This document shows, piece after piece, positions 23,262-35,605 of a DNA stretch of 64,000 bases. A program made the position numbers and the translations under genes. The notes below the pieces were generated by a model. That model was given only the letters and a program-made list of their open reading frames with translations, had not been told where the DNA came from and did no database searches. The DNA comes from Ionaspis alba (lineage: Eukaryota), in NCBI GenBank assembly GCA_964255285.1, contig CAXUUL010000002.1:1-64000 (forward strand), in the 5' to 3' direction. Position 1 is the first letter of the stretch. Every line of letters begins with the position of its first letter.

Positions 23262-25107
23262 TCATCCACCATGATCCTCTGTTGATACAGTCGCAGGTCC
23301 AGCTTCTTGCGGACCATGCTCCCTACCCGCACCAGCGATATCATCCTCTTCCTCTCTTCTCCCCCTTTCCCTATCGCCCTGTGCCCATTCCATGATCTTC
23401 TCTTCCGGCTCCTTGATATCGTGAGCGATAGACCCTAGCTTCCCTCGTTTCTTCGCCAACCCCTCTGTAGCCGCTAAATCCTCCTCGACACTGGAAGACA
23501 TGGACGAAGAGTCATCGCCTTGCACGAAGGCGCGGTTCTCGCCTTCGGCTTTCCGCCGTTCGCGCTGCTCCTTCTTCATCTTGTCCATTTTCTCCTTGTC
23601 GTCCATGCAATCCAGGACGGTGATTTTAAGCCCAGGAAGGTTACGATGCATGAACTCTTTCAATAGATGAAGTAAATCCTTGTTCGGCCGATACGTTCCC
23701 GAGTCATTGTCTATCACAAGTTGGTAATAGGCTGGCTCCTTGGAGGAATCTTCTCCGGGAGGGCCGGCCCCTATGTCAGCCGGTGGATGCGTCTCTTGCT
23801 CCTCGGGGTCTTTCCAGCGATTCTTGAGCCTACGAATGAAAAATTCACCGGAGAAGGCAATGAAGATGCTCACATCACTATGCATTGTATGCTTTGAAAG
23901 AAGGTCGATACCGAATTCCTTTCCCGTCTCAGTAAAACGCCATTTGCTATCGAGCGTTAGGACATAAGTAAAGATTCTTCCGCCTCGATCGTAATGGACG
24001 AGATCAAGAAATTGGGACGTCATTTCTTTCGAGGGCCTGGGGAAGCTGCCGTAGACAGTCGAGCGATCGTAGTTGTAGATACGAGAATGTTGATGATGGA
24101 GAGCTCGATTGAGGATTCGTCCACGCAGAGATTTCGAATTGAACATGCCTGCAACAAAGGGTTTGAATTCCACATAGCGGTGGTACAGTTCTTCTGGAAC
24201 GGGACCCTCCAGTTGCATCTGGTTGGCCTGAAAACTGTGGTAAATTAGCATGCAGATCGTCCGAACGTTTGGTCTGGTCGATTGTCACTTACTTGTAGCG
24301 TTCGGTGCGCTTCTCTTCACTGTCTGGCTTCTTCGGGTTCTTGGTACCAGCTAGTCTTCCAATCAGGGGACTCAAGTGCTGGCTCCAATTACAAGGTCCC
24401 ACGGTATAAATCCGACCTCTGGATTGGGTCTCTGTCCTACCTAGAACTTCAGCACTCAAGAAGAGTTTCCCCGACATTGGCAGCCCTCGTGCAAACATCG
24501 CGGTACATCCCCGCATCAAATAAGCCCTTTTCGATCCCTTTCGCTTCCTGACGTCGAAGGCCTCCTCGTGGATGCCTGGCCAGTCCTCACCGACGCGGTT
24601 GATTTGAACGTGCACATCTCCCAGTCGATCATCGTGGTCGGCTGGATCCTCGTCATAGATACGAGCCTTTAGTTTGAATCCATTTGCAGGCACGTTGGCG
24701 ACAATCCATTCGCAATTCCATTCCGGCTCGGTGTTCCTCCTGATTGTAGCGCTGCGGAATCTCAAATAAGGATCCTGTCTGTGTCTTGAAGGAATCGTTG
24801 TGTTCAACTGGACGAGTAGATAGGGATCGGATGACAATGTATTGATGTCAGCGAAAGGCAGATTGGTCGCACGGTGAAAAGTGAACTTGACCGTGTATCC
24901 GGGCTCTACTGCTGGCAAGGGCGTACTGTCGAATCCACCAGCCGGTGCCTTGTCTTTGTGAGCTGTATCGTGGCCAAGCCCTTTGGCCTGCCCCTTCTTT
25001 TGATTGGCCTTCTGCTGCATCTCATCGGTCTTGTCAACAAACTTGGTGGCATATGCATCGCCACGGTGGACACGAGCCATTGTGGGCTGATTGTCGTTGT
25101 CCGCCAT
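23262..25107 (-). CDS. C2 domain-containing protein
   Basis: YTVKFTFHRATNLPFADINTLSSDPY...TIRRNTEPEWN..W.VANVP..GFKLKARIYDED..DHDDRLG (C2). C-terminal part has FTYVLTLD..WRFTETGKEFGIDLLSKHTMHS and IDNDSGTYRP. One intron at ~24237-24292. Confidence 0.85.
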
Positions 25108-25890
25108 CAGTGTGGGGGAGTGCAATGGCAATCCACACGGACGGTTCTAAGCGCTTGCGCCAGCACCGATGCTCAAGCACAAGCCCGAACCCGAGCTCAG
25201 CGGGAGTCAGTCGGCAGCTTGTAATAGACCGTGCTTGAAAATTCACAGCAATAGATAGTCGGCAAGAAGGTTCACCTTTCACATTGCCGTAAGCAGTCGA
25301 GGGCACGACGGTGAAGCAGTAGCGGAGTGGGTAGAGACATGAGAAGAAGATGTTAGAAGACGTGGAAGGATGAGGAATGGTTGGCCAGGGTAGACCTGCC
25401 TGAAAATGGAGCTGCCTCAATTGCCAAGGCAGAAACACACTAGAGACCCTGGGCCCGTTGCGCTAAGCTGGAACTAGCGTCGATCCAGCACTTGGCGGCA
25501 TTCAAGCTTTCTGCAAGCTGCCGTCTTCCCGGTTTGGGCAATGTACTGACATGATACTCGGTATGATATGCTCGCAATGTATGCACATATCAACGTATTC
25601 ACAATAACGAGGGGAATCCTCTGCCCATAAAACTTCAGAAAGGAATAGAAAGAACTCTACTAAACCAAATCAAATCAACTATTTCCCCGTGTTGGTCTGC
25701 TCGCTCTGTAGGGTTGCAAATCACTAGACATGGATGTGACAGAGGCCAGAAGGTGGTTAGAGGCAGTTGCCATTAATAGATTATCTTATCTATCTTGTCC
25801 TATCATTCAACCCTGTTCATGAGATCTTCAATATCTATCTCGGTCAGAATGTCCTGCGGTTTGACCGCCATCAAGGCATTGTGTCCGCCA

Positions 25891-28609
25891 TCAGTCGCCA
25901 GGCGCGCAATGTTCCAAGATGGTCTTTTGGAGATCTATCAGCTTGTATGGCTTGGTCATATGGCCCACCATGCCCACATGTACCGCTCTTTCTAGCGCTC
26001 CACCCGTCACATCCGCCGTTACGGCCAGTATTTTTACCCTCTTCCTATCCCTCCCCCTCGACCGAATCTCGCTGTCGTCATCATGCTGCATGGCGAGTAT
26101 ACGCTCCGTGGCCTCGTATCCGTCCATATTAGGCATCCATAGATCCATCAGTATCACGTCAATCCTGTCCTCTTCTTTTCTTCCCTGATCTAGCCTCATC
26201 AATCGAACTGCCTCGGCTCCATCGTAGGCCTCATGTACTGTGGTGTACCCAAGCTTCAAAAGCATGCTAATGAGAAGCTTCCGGTTGATACGATTGTCCT
26301 CTGCCACGAGGATGTTCAGAGGGCACCTCCGGGCCAGATGGCGGTCGAAACTCATGGTCTTCACCGTAGAACGCTGGCGCACATTCTGGCGTGACGGCGA
26401 AGAGGGAAGAAGCGGCGAGGTAGGCCGCTCAGGCACTTCGGTCTCTGATGCCTGTGCGGCAACGGACTGTTTCGTAGGTGAGGGCTGCCTCGCTCGTACG
26501 AGGAGCCTGGGATTAGACGTGCTTGGGGTCGCCGATCTGTCACCCGAGGGAGTGGGCGTCCGAGATGGGGTACTGTGCCTGCTCCACCCACCCGAAGGGT
26601 GCAATGGAATCCGAAGTAGGAATTCGGAGCCTCGACGGGGTCCTTCCGTATCTGATCTGACGCATGATAGGTCGCCACCAATCCTTCGAGCAAGACCTTG
26701 CGCCACCATAAGACCTAGTCCGAGGCCTTCACTGGAACGAGTGATGGAGGCTTCCTCGCGTGAGAATGGTTTGAAAAGATACGGTCGAAATGCGGCTGGG
26801 ATGCCCGGCCCCGTGTCAGTCACGTTAACAACTACATAGCGTGAGCTGCGACCGAGTGTCACGTTCAGTACAATTTTCCCTTGCTTCGTGAACTTCAAAG
26901 CGTTCAAGAATAGCACGGATACCAGTTTTGGCAGGTCTCCATCGATTAGAACCTCTTCTGGGACCGAACGCTCGACGGCCCAATCCACCGTCTTCGTGGC
27001 GACCTCCCCACTAGAACACCTGGTGCGCACCTCAATCGTTTCTCCTACCTCCGTGTCTTCTGCGATAGCAGAATCGGGTCTTCCACCAACTCTTAAACAT
27101 TCATTGATAATGACACGAAATACGTCCCTGATGTTGGTCACCCTAAGACCTGGCGCGGCAGGTAATTCATACTGGGACTCCCTGGCTAGTGCAGTCTCAG
27201 ACGCTCGAGATGACGACGCTGTGATATGCTCACTTTCTTCCACGACTGAACGAAGACTCGCAGTCCGAGGCGAGATGGGCCGATCTGATGACCATGCCAT
27301 ATCCAGAGCTTGGTGCTTCGCGCTGGGCTCTGCGATCCGTTCCATGGACTTGCTCCTACTCCGTTTGAGGCCGGTTCTTCTACCATATTCGTTGAGTGAC
27401 ATGCCATTAGAAGGACTTGCCCGTGGTGAAAGAGCAGCTTCATCGTCCTCCGGCGGATCAGGTGTGTCGGGGACTCGCATACCAAGGTCGTAAGCATGGA
27501 CAACATTATCTGCAGCGTCCACGGCACGGCGGGAGCTATCTGGTCGCCGAGTCAGCCTCGACATGAAGGATTTTAGAGCAGGTCTGGTTTCACCTTGAAC
27601 GATCTCGATGTTATCACGGAGAGATTTAAAGATGTTTTTGATATCCTCATTCGGAGGAGATTCCAAAGCCTCGGAAACGGTAGCATGCATGATCTCCAAC
27701 ATTCCGACGACCCCCTGCATGGGGGTTCTAAGTTCATGAGATAAGCTTCTAGCGTAGGGCTTCAGTGATTGAGCGGCAGTCACTACTGACTGAGGAATGA
27801 CAGCGGCAGTCTTGGTGTCATCTTCTTGTTTCTCAAATGATTGGCGAACATCCACAATTCGTTCAGCTACCATGTCCTCAAGAGCGTGGAGGGCCACTTC
27901 TATGAAGGACCAACTGAGCTTCCGCCTTTCCAAGCCCTTGAGCGTCCAGAAACACCCCAGATGGCCGAAGCATTTCCCCTGGGACCACAATGGAATTCCC
28001 AGGTAGGATTCGACTGGGAAAGCAAACTCCGTGGGGCAAGCCGTTATAAAGTCCCGGAGAGAGTCTGGAATCATGAAGACCTGGTAGATGTTAGCGATCG
28101 ATGAACGGTCGACTCTTCGAAACTGTGGACATGCTCAGATGAAAAGGCATTACCTTATCATGCTTCATATGAGCGCAAGGGGCACCATAGGCTGAATATT
28201 TGTAATTAGAGAAATGACCTTCTAGCTTTTCTCCATCATTGAAATATATAGCGATTCCCATGAGACAAGATCCAGGTTCTCCCAAAGGGGGCATTTCAAC
28301 GGCAGAATCCTGATCATCGACCAGAATTCTTTTCGAGACGAAAGCGTACTGGCTACCGACAAGGGCAGTGATTCCTTCCATTAGAATCTTCCAGAAGGTA
28401 TCACTGGGAGCCGTAGCGAGCTCAGCCTTCAGTTGGAAGAGGTGCTCGGCCGCATTACTCTCGACCGTGGAAAAATGTTTCTTGAGCGCATCGACGAAAC
28501 CTTCATCGCCATGATGGGCGGCAATACCTGGTACAGAGCTAGAAAGACACAAAGAACGTCTTTGAATGAGGTGGTTGTCTTCATCGACTTTGGTGTCCGG
28601 GTTTTCCAT
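25891..28609 (-). CDS. Hybrid two-component histidine kinase (sensor region, HisKA, HATPase, receiver)
   Basis: H-box LSHELRTPMQGVVGML, N-box NALKFT, G1 VTDTGPGI, F-box LFKPFS, G2 EGLGLGL, and receiver ILVAEDN.INRKLL...DVILMDLWMPNMDGYEAT...ILAVTAD...MTKPY. Two introns. Confidence 0.92.
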
Positions 28610-30031
28610 GACCTAGCCCTACATCTCAGCACGTGGGACCACTCGCCATTTGGGAACAGGGCGATCTGAGGAGACGCAGCGCGGTGGAGAACGATGGGGA
28701 GATATGCTGATCATTAAATGGGCACTTTATCGTGTATCCGGCGACATGAGAAATTTGTCGAAGTCGAACAGTCGACGCTCATTTGACTTCAGTTTGGAGT
28801 ACTCATCCCTAGAGCGCGCAGGGGCTGGCCAGATTACCACCAGAGAGAACTAGCATGCGCGGAATGCAAGCTGCCGAGAGAGGTCGCTAATGACAATATT
28901 GCGATAAAAGAGGAGCAGCTGCTGGCGCCGGCGGAGGAAGAGCTTGCGTCGTCGCAATCAAGAGCAATAACAGGGCAACGATAGCGTTGGGCGACCGAGG
29001 GGCAGGGTGGTATGTTGACGGCGATATGGAAAAGGGTGAGGAGAGTCGGTTGTTTGCTGGGATCAGTTGAGGTGAAGGATGATTGAGTACCATTGCTCGG
29101 CAAGATTTGTGGATCTAATGCGCATGTCATCCAGATCGTAGAACCTGGTTGAGAAGTTGGGAAGTCCGCTCGTTTTTCTTTCCGCCCGCCTTCCCCCACG
29201 TTCTAGACCTTCGTTGAGGCACCCGCTAAACCCAAGAGCACCAAGCCGATGCTGCAGCTGGACACGGAGAGGCAATCCCATTTCCAATAGGACAAGCAGC
29301 GAGTCAGTCTCATCCTTCTAGCAGCAGTGGAGGGCTTGATGCACTGTAGTACTATTGGACGTTGCATACGTAGATGGCGGCGGTGGCCTCCGGTCATTCT
29401 TCCGCCTCTACGCAGTACACAATCTGATTCTCCGCGGCTCGGCCAAGCTTCCAGCATTATTGTAGCGCGCGGTATAGGCGCTAGTGCTGCTCGATTCATG
29501 GTTCAGCTCGGCATCTGTTTACTGTTCCAACTTAATCTCGTTCTTCACGGGTATTCCTACCGATCACTAGTGTGAGTCTGTGGAAGGGCTTTCAGGAGTA
29601 GATCTCTGTGTGTAGAAGGCAGCGGTACACTACAACTGCCTCATGACCGAGCCGCACGAGCGAGTAACTTTTGCCCAAAGTCCCTCGACTCGATCTTGAT
29701 GATCATTAATTGTGCGATCTAAGAACTTAGCACTGCGTGCCGACGAACGATACTCTTGGACTGGAGCCGCATACGACGATCCGTCGATATAATCCCAGTG
29801 ACGGTCGTTGCTTGTCTTTTACCAAATCAGATCTGCCGGACAATAATGTTGGTACTCTAGCCATACTGAATTCTGCCAGTCAGATGTCTGCAATCATTTT
29901 CGTTTTGGTAGCCTACAGAGTCGTGAAATAAGAACTCCAAGATTCGTACCAGTCGCTCCATGCCCGAGTGATACTGATACAAGAACATCTCGAATTCCAA
30001 CCTACCATGCGCTAGGTCGGCGTGCTCTCTC

Positions 30032-33000
30032 ATGGCTCTCCAAGTCCTGATCAGGGATCACCCTCCACGAAGCATCGCCATCAAAACCAATACACATGCA
30101 CTCGTCTTTCGACACAGCCAAGCTTCGCACACTCCTAATCCGTTGCTCAAGGCTCCTTTGTCCCAATGCATGGTGGAATTTTCCAGAATTGATTCTGTGG
30201 ATCTGTCCGACTACAGGACTCTTCGATCGAAAAAAGTTTTTGGGACCTTGGGGCTGATTAACATTGACATTGATACCTACCTTTGTGTCATCACGGCAGC
30301 TTCTTTGGTCGCCACCGTCCGCCCTGGCGAAGAAGTGCAGAGGATCCTTTCCGTTGAATTTTGTAGGTAAGAGATGCCATCACGGATTGCGCGAAGGCTG
30401 ATTCAATCCAGATTGCCTGAACAGATCCGACGACCTTCAGGTTGGCAATGATAGCATCCAATATGAGAGCAGCAACCTTTTCCCGGAGCCCTCAAGCTAT
30501 GGTCATGGCTCTGAATACCACGAACTGTCATTGGAGCACCCGTGCCTCGCTCTGAAAAAGGTCCTGAGTGAAGGCACTTTCTACTACAGCACTAACTTTG
30601 ACTTGACGAATCGTCTGCAAGATAGGTAGGTGAAGCTATCTCTACCAGCTATCGTTACCGACATCTAGTAGATCTTCAGAAGAGTCGGCTTTCGATATCG
30701 ACAGTCTCAATGAGAGCTTCCTCTGGAACTCATACATGATCTATCCTTTGATACAGTTTCGATCACGGCTAGCAGTGGCAGAGAAACAGATGCTGGATGA
30801 ATCTCTTATCCTTACTTCAGCTATTCGCGGCTATGTTCGTACAATCACAGTACCTGCGGTGTCCGCGCCTATCAAGGCCATGGACTCGCGATTCCCATCC
30901 ACGCTGACATTGGTATCCCGCCTTTCTTGCCGCCGTGCAGGAACGCGATTTAACGCCAGAGGTATGGACGATGATGGGTATGTCGCAAATTTTGTCGAGT
31001 CAGAGACGGTATACTACCTACCGTCGGGACTCTGTTTTTCTTATGCTCAAATTCGAGGCTCCGTGCCTGCGTTTTGGGAACAGGCGACTGGCCTTCTTCC
31101 CCACCAACAGAAGATTACAGTTACGAGATCGTTAGAAGCAACAAAACCCGCATTCAATAAGCACTTTGATGATCTGGAAATGAAATATGGCACAGTGCAC
31201 GTACTTAATTTGCTTAGTGAAACAAAATCGGGAGAAGTCCAGTTAGCTCAGATATACAACAACCTTGTACATCAGAGTCACTCATCGCGTGAGGAGGCCA
31301 TGGATCGCCGTTCGATACAAACAACACAATACGATTTCCATGCCGAAACCAAAGGACCAGGGGGCTATGAGGCCGCCAGTTCTGTTCGGTACCTAGTGCA
31401 GGCTATAGCGGAGAGCTTTGCGTATTGCCTATTAGATACTGTCAACGATGTCGAGTCACGAGATAGGGCTCCTTCGACGAGAGCAATCATGATCCTTCAG
31501 CAGCAGGGCATTTTCCGAACAAACTGCTTGGACTGTCTGGACCGAACCAACCTCGTACAAACTATCCTGAGCCAAATTGCCTTGGAATTTTTTTTTCGGC
31601 ACCGAGGCGAGCATGCTCCGTCGGGCTTCTGGATGAGTCATTCTGGCCTCTGGGCCGACAATGGCGATGTGGGCGCTCTCTACATGTGTATATGATGCGT
31701 TTTACTGAAAAAGGTGTTCAGGCTCTCTCGAAGATATACGCCGGAACAGGCGCTTTGAAAAGCTCTTTCACACGCCACGGAAAGATGTCTCTTGCAGGAG
31801 CCTTTGCTGATGCTCGCAAAAGTGCTACGCGCATATACATAAATAACTTCGCAGATAAGGCAAGGCAAAATACTATGGACGTGCTTTTGGTTAGTCACAG
31901 CATCGTCCTCCCGCCCTCAAGGATTCTTTGAAGACCAGCATGCTCTGAGTGCTGCGATCACTCAGACATTATGGCCTTTTACTCAATGCTTGCTCATACT
32001 TACTGAAGGGTCGACTTGTCGATCGATCGCCCGTTGTGCTCTATGATCCCATCAACGATTATGTGGCCGCCGAAATGTCAAGAAGGTCAGAACAATTCGC
32101 CCGTCCACCTTTATGGATACTGATGTTGGACCAGAATACGCGATTATTCAACGTCTAAGACTGTTGGTATTTGGGCGGGGACTTTTAATCTGAACGGTAA
32201 AGGAATCGGAATGAAGGAGGATCTCTCAGCCTGGCTTTGGTCCGCAACCCATTTTCTAAGCGATGGAGGGGACATTGTGGCTGTAGGCTTCCAAGAGATA
32301 GTAGAGCTTAGCCCTCAGCAGATCATGTCGACAGATCCGGCTCCGAGACAGGAATGGGAGATGGCTGTGGCCCGAACATTGAACGAATACGCTCGACGGC
32401 GTCATATAGAGGAATATGTCCTTTTGCGGAGTGGCCAATTGGTTGGAACAGCTCTCATGATCTTCGTGAAGACTAGTGCCCTTCCATCCATCAAGAATGT
32501 GGAAGGGAGTGTCAAAAAGGTTTTCTTTCTTTCTTACAAGTCAAATACCGTTGTTACTGATTGAATAACAGACTGGACTCTCGGGCATGGCTGGGAACAA
32601 GGGAGCTGTTGCTATCCGGTTCGACTTTGCATCTACTCGCCTTTGCTTTGTCACTGCCCATCTAGCCGCAGGATTTGCTAATTACGATGAAAGAAACCGT
32701 GACTACCGGACAATATCTCATGGCTTGCGATTCCAGCATAATCGATCCATCGAAGACCACGATTCAATCTTGTGGCTTGGTGACTTCAATTACAGAATCG
32801 GGCTCAGTGATGCACGAGTTCGGCAACTTGTTGAAGAAAACAATCTGGGCGCATTGTATCAGAATGACCAGGTCAGTAAGCAGGACATTCACTTGCCAGG
32901 AAGGAACGGCTTGGAGGAACGTCTGCACTGGAGAAATGGCTACTGTTCGTCGTACGCATGGCGGCTGCCCAAGCTTTCGAGCCCTCTCTACCTGGCTCGA

Positions 33001-34301
33001 TGATTGCTGACATGTCTCGATAGCTTAATCTTCAGATGGTTGCAGCTCAAGCATTTCCCTTTGTAAGTCTGCTATCTTAGGTCGAGCTTGATCGACTATT
33101 TATGATATTCATCAGTACTCGGAAGCAAAAATCACATTCCTGCCCACATACAAATACAATTTAGGCACGGACACATATGACACGTCGTAAGTCTCCGCGG
33201 CCTCTTGTGATCACAATCTCACCGTGTGTTAGGGAAAAGGCGCGAATTCCGGCATGGTGCGATCGAATATTACGAAAAGGAGATAACTTACGCCAGATCG
33301 ACTACAACACCGCAATCCTACGTTTCTCTGATCATCGTCCTGTATACGCAACATTCGAGTGTACAATAAACGTCATCAACGAACTCCTGAAAGATAGTTT
33401 GAGTAGATCGATATACAATGCCCGACAAGAAGAAGTCGGCGGGGTTACTGCCAACGCCGGCACGGACATCGACGACGAGGATTTGCTCGGTTATGACTCC
33501 ATAGCCCCTGGGCTACCGCCAGCTAGTTCAGATCGCCGTAAATGGTGGCTCAATAATGGTACACTTCTTTTCCAAACGCACGACTTGAAGGGCAACTTCT
33601 TCCGCAACGGCCATTCAGTTGGATACCCAGAAATAGACCTCGACCTGCTAACTTGCTTAGGATATCCAGCTCGTTCACAATTGGGAGACTCCAACAACAG
33701 AAATCCCAATCCACAGAGACCGGCCAATCCTTTCACGCCCAGCATCGAACCAGACTGGATCGTGCTCCCCGATTTCCGAGGCCAAATTGTAGAGTCAAGG
33801 GACGACAAACATCCCAAAGTACCTGTGCCCACCACTAAGCTCTCGACGCAATATAATCTCGACTACCGCAAATCACCAACCGGCAGAACGAAGCGAGATA
33901 GCGGGATGGAACAAGACATCTATTCTCTCGCTAAGAAACCATCTACTTCGTCCTCCGTGTCTCGCGGACCTGCTCCTCCAGTGCCAAAGAAACCACCTTT
34001 ACTGACGAGCTTTCAATCCTTGCAAGATACCCCGGGAACAAAGGATGTCTTGGGATCAGCGGAAAACCAGTCAGCAGCATCAACAAACGTCCGACGGTAC
34101 AATAAATCCGAAACAGGGGCCAGAAGCGTGCCTCCTGCTCTTCCGGTTAGAGAGGCTGTTGCGAGGAGTACGGGCAATCCAGTAGCCCGGGGAGGTTATT
34201 TGAACGTTCTTAGAAAAGCTCCGCCAGCGCGAGAGTTGACGGATGAAGAAGGCGATCGAGCGCAAAGCATCCCGTCCCTGCAGCCGCTGTCTCGTCATTG
34301 A
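30032..34301 (+). CDS. INP52: Synaptojanin-like polyphosphoinositide phosphatase (SAC1 plus inositol 5-phosphatase domains; Inp51/52/53 family)
   Basis: SAC motifs RAGTRFNARG.DDDG.VANFVE.E and RTNCLDCLDRTN. 5-phosphatase motifs GFQEIVEL, GNKGAV.IR, HLAAG, WLGDFNYRI, PAWCDRIL and SDHRPV. Many introns; exact yeast paralogue not resolvable. Confidence 0.92.
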
Positions 34302-34471
34302 CACATGGAGTGGGGAGAGGGGCCCTGTCCCAAAGGAGAGGTCTTCAAGACCCTGCACAGGCTTCGATGCATGTATCAAGGCTTGTAATATCATTAGGGA
34401 GACTCCTAGCGTTTAGATTAGATCTTGCAGCTACAAGCTGAAAGACATCAACTGACTTTGCTTCCGTCGCG

Positions 34472-35023
34472 TCACCTGTAATATTCTCTCCTCGTCCCCG
34501 CCCCATCAACAACTACAATCCTCTCCCTCGTGGACCTCCAGCTGGCATTCGACATTCTTGGATCCTTGCCATTTCCTACACTTCCACTGCGCCTATATCC
34601 CTGCCCAGCCATACTCCCCCGCTTCGGTGCTTGCTGGGCCCTTGAGCTCTGCCGGCGTATCGTCACAGGGCCCTCCCCGTAGCCATAATCTTCACCTTCC
34701 CTTATCGGCAACTGCCCGGATGTCCGTGGCGTGCGCTGCTGGATAACGACTACCTGGCCATGGGGCTGAGGCTGCGTCTGAGAGGAGATTGGTTCAAGAC
34801 GGTACGATTGGCTAATTTGTGAGGCACGGGGAGATATATGAGAGGTACGCGGCGAGATGTGCTGATAGGAGGTGGTAGATGTCCGGGGCTGGAGTGGGAT
34901 TGGCGCTGCGGGGCGGATGGAGGGCGGAAGTTGCGAATGAACGGAGAGTGGACGGACGGCAATGGGACGAGAGGGGACCACGACTTCGGGCTCCTCCTTA
35001 GAACGGAGGTTGATTAGGCACAT
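34472..35023 (-). CDS. Hypothetical Arg/Ser/Pro-rich protein
   Basis: Open frame 34472-35272. Likely start MCLINLRSKEEPEVVVPSRP at 35023; ends RERIVVVDGAGTRREYYR*. Convergent with the phosphatase gene; no known domain recognised. Confidence 0.55.
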   Translation of the reverse strand: MCLINLRSKEEPEVVVPSRPIAVRPLSVHSQLPPSIRPAAPIPLQPRTSTTSYQHISPRTSHISPRASQISQSYRLEPISSQTQPQPHGQVVVIQQRTPRTSGQLPIREGEDYGYGEGPVTIRRQSSRAQQAPKRGSMAGQGYRRSGSVGNGKDPRMSNASWRSTRERIVVVDGAGTRREYYR

Positions 35024-35605
35024 GTGGTCTGATAGAGGATTTGGTCTAGAAAGGCGGAACGGCTCTAGGAGTCTAATTTCGAGTCCGGGGATCGTGGTTG
35101 TTGATGCCTCATATGTGTGGTGGTGGCCTCCCGGGGCTGGATTAAGTCTGTGGCGTCGAAAAGACGCACAGTGAAGTTCATTGGACGTGGAGACCCTGTC
35201 AGACGAGTGTGAAACTGAGAGGCGCGCTTTCATTGGAGGTCGAGTAAGCGGCTGAGTATTTACTACATGCATGACTCGTGTCCGATATTGAACGGTGAGT
35301 CAAGAAACAACTATTCATCCTGGAGCTTGCACAACACAGCACTGGATGAGAAAGCCTGAAATCGTGACGACTCATACCGTAAGGCATACTGACGTGTTCT
35401 ATGTGAGTGATCAATTCGAGTTCTATTTATGTTGGATCATCTTGGAGCCGATCATTCAATCTTGTGAAAAGGAACGACCCTGGTAATGAGGCCATGGCTG
35501 TAATCCTTTAGCCAACAAGTTAGTGACCATCGAAAATTGAACCATGGCCGCACACCAGTACGCCTACGTGTTTATGTCGCCTTCGATAATGGGGTTGCAA
35601 ACGCT

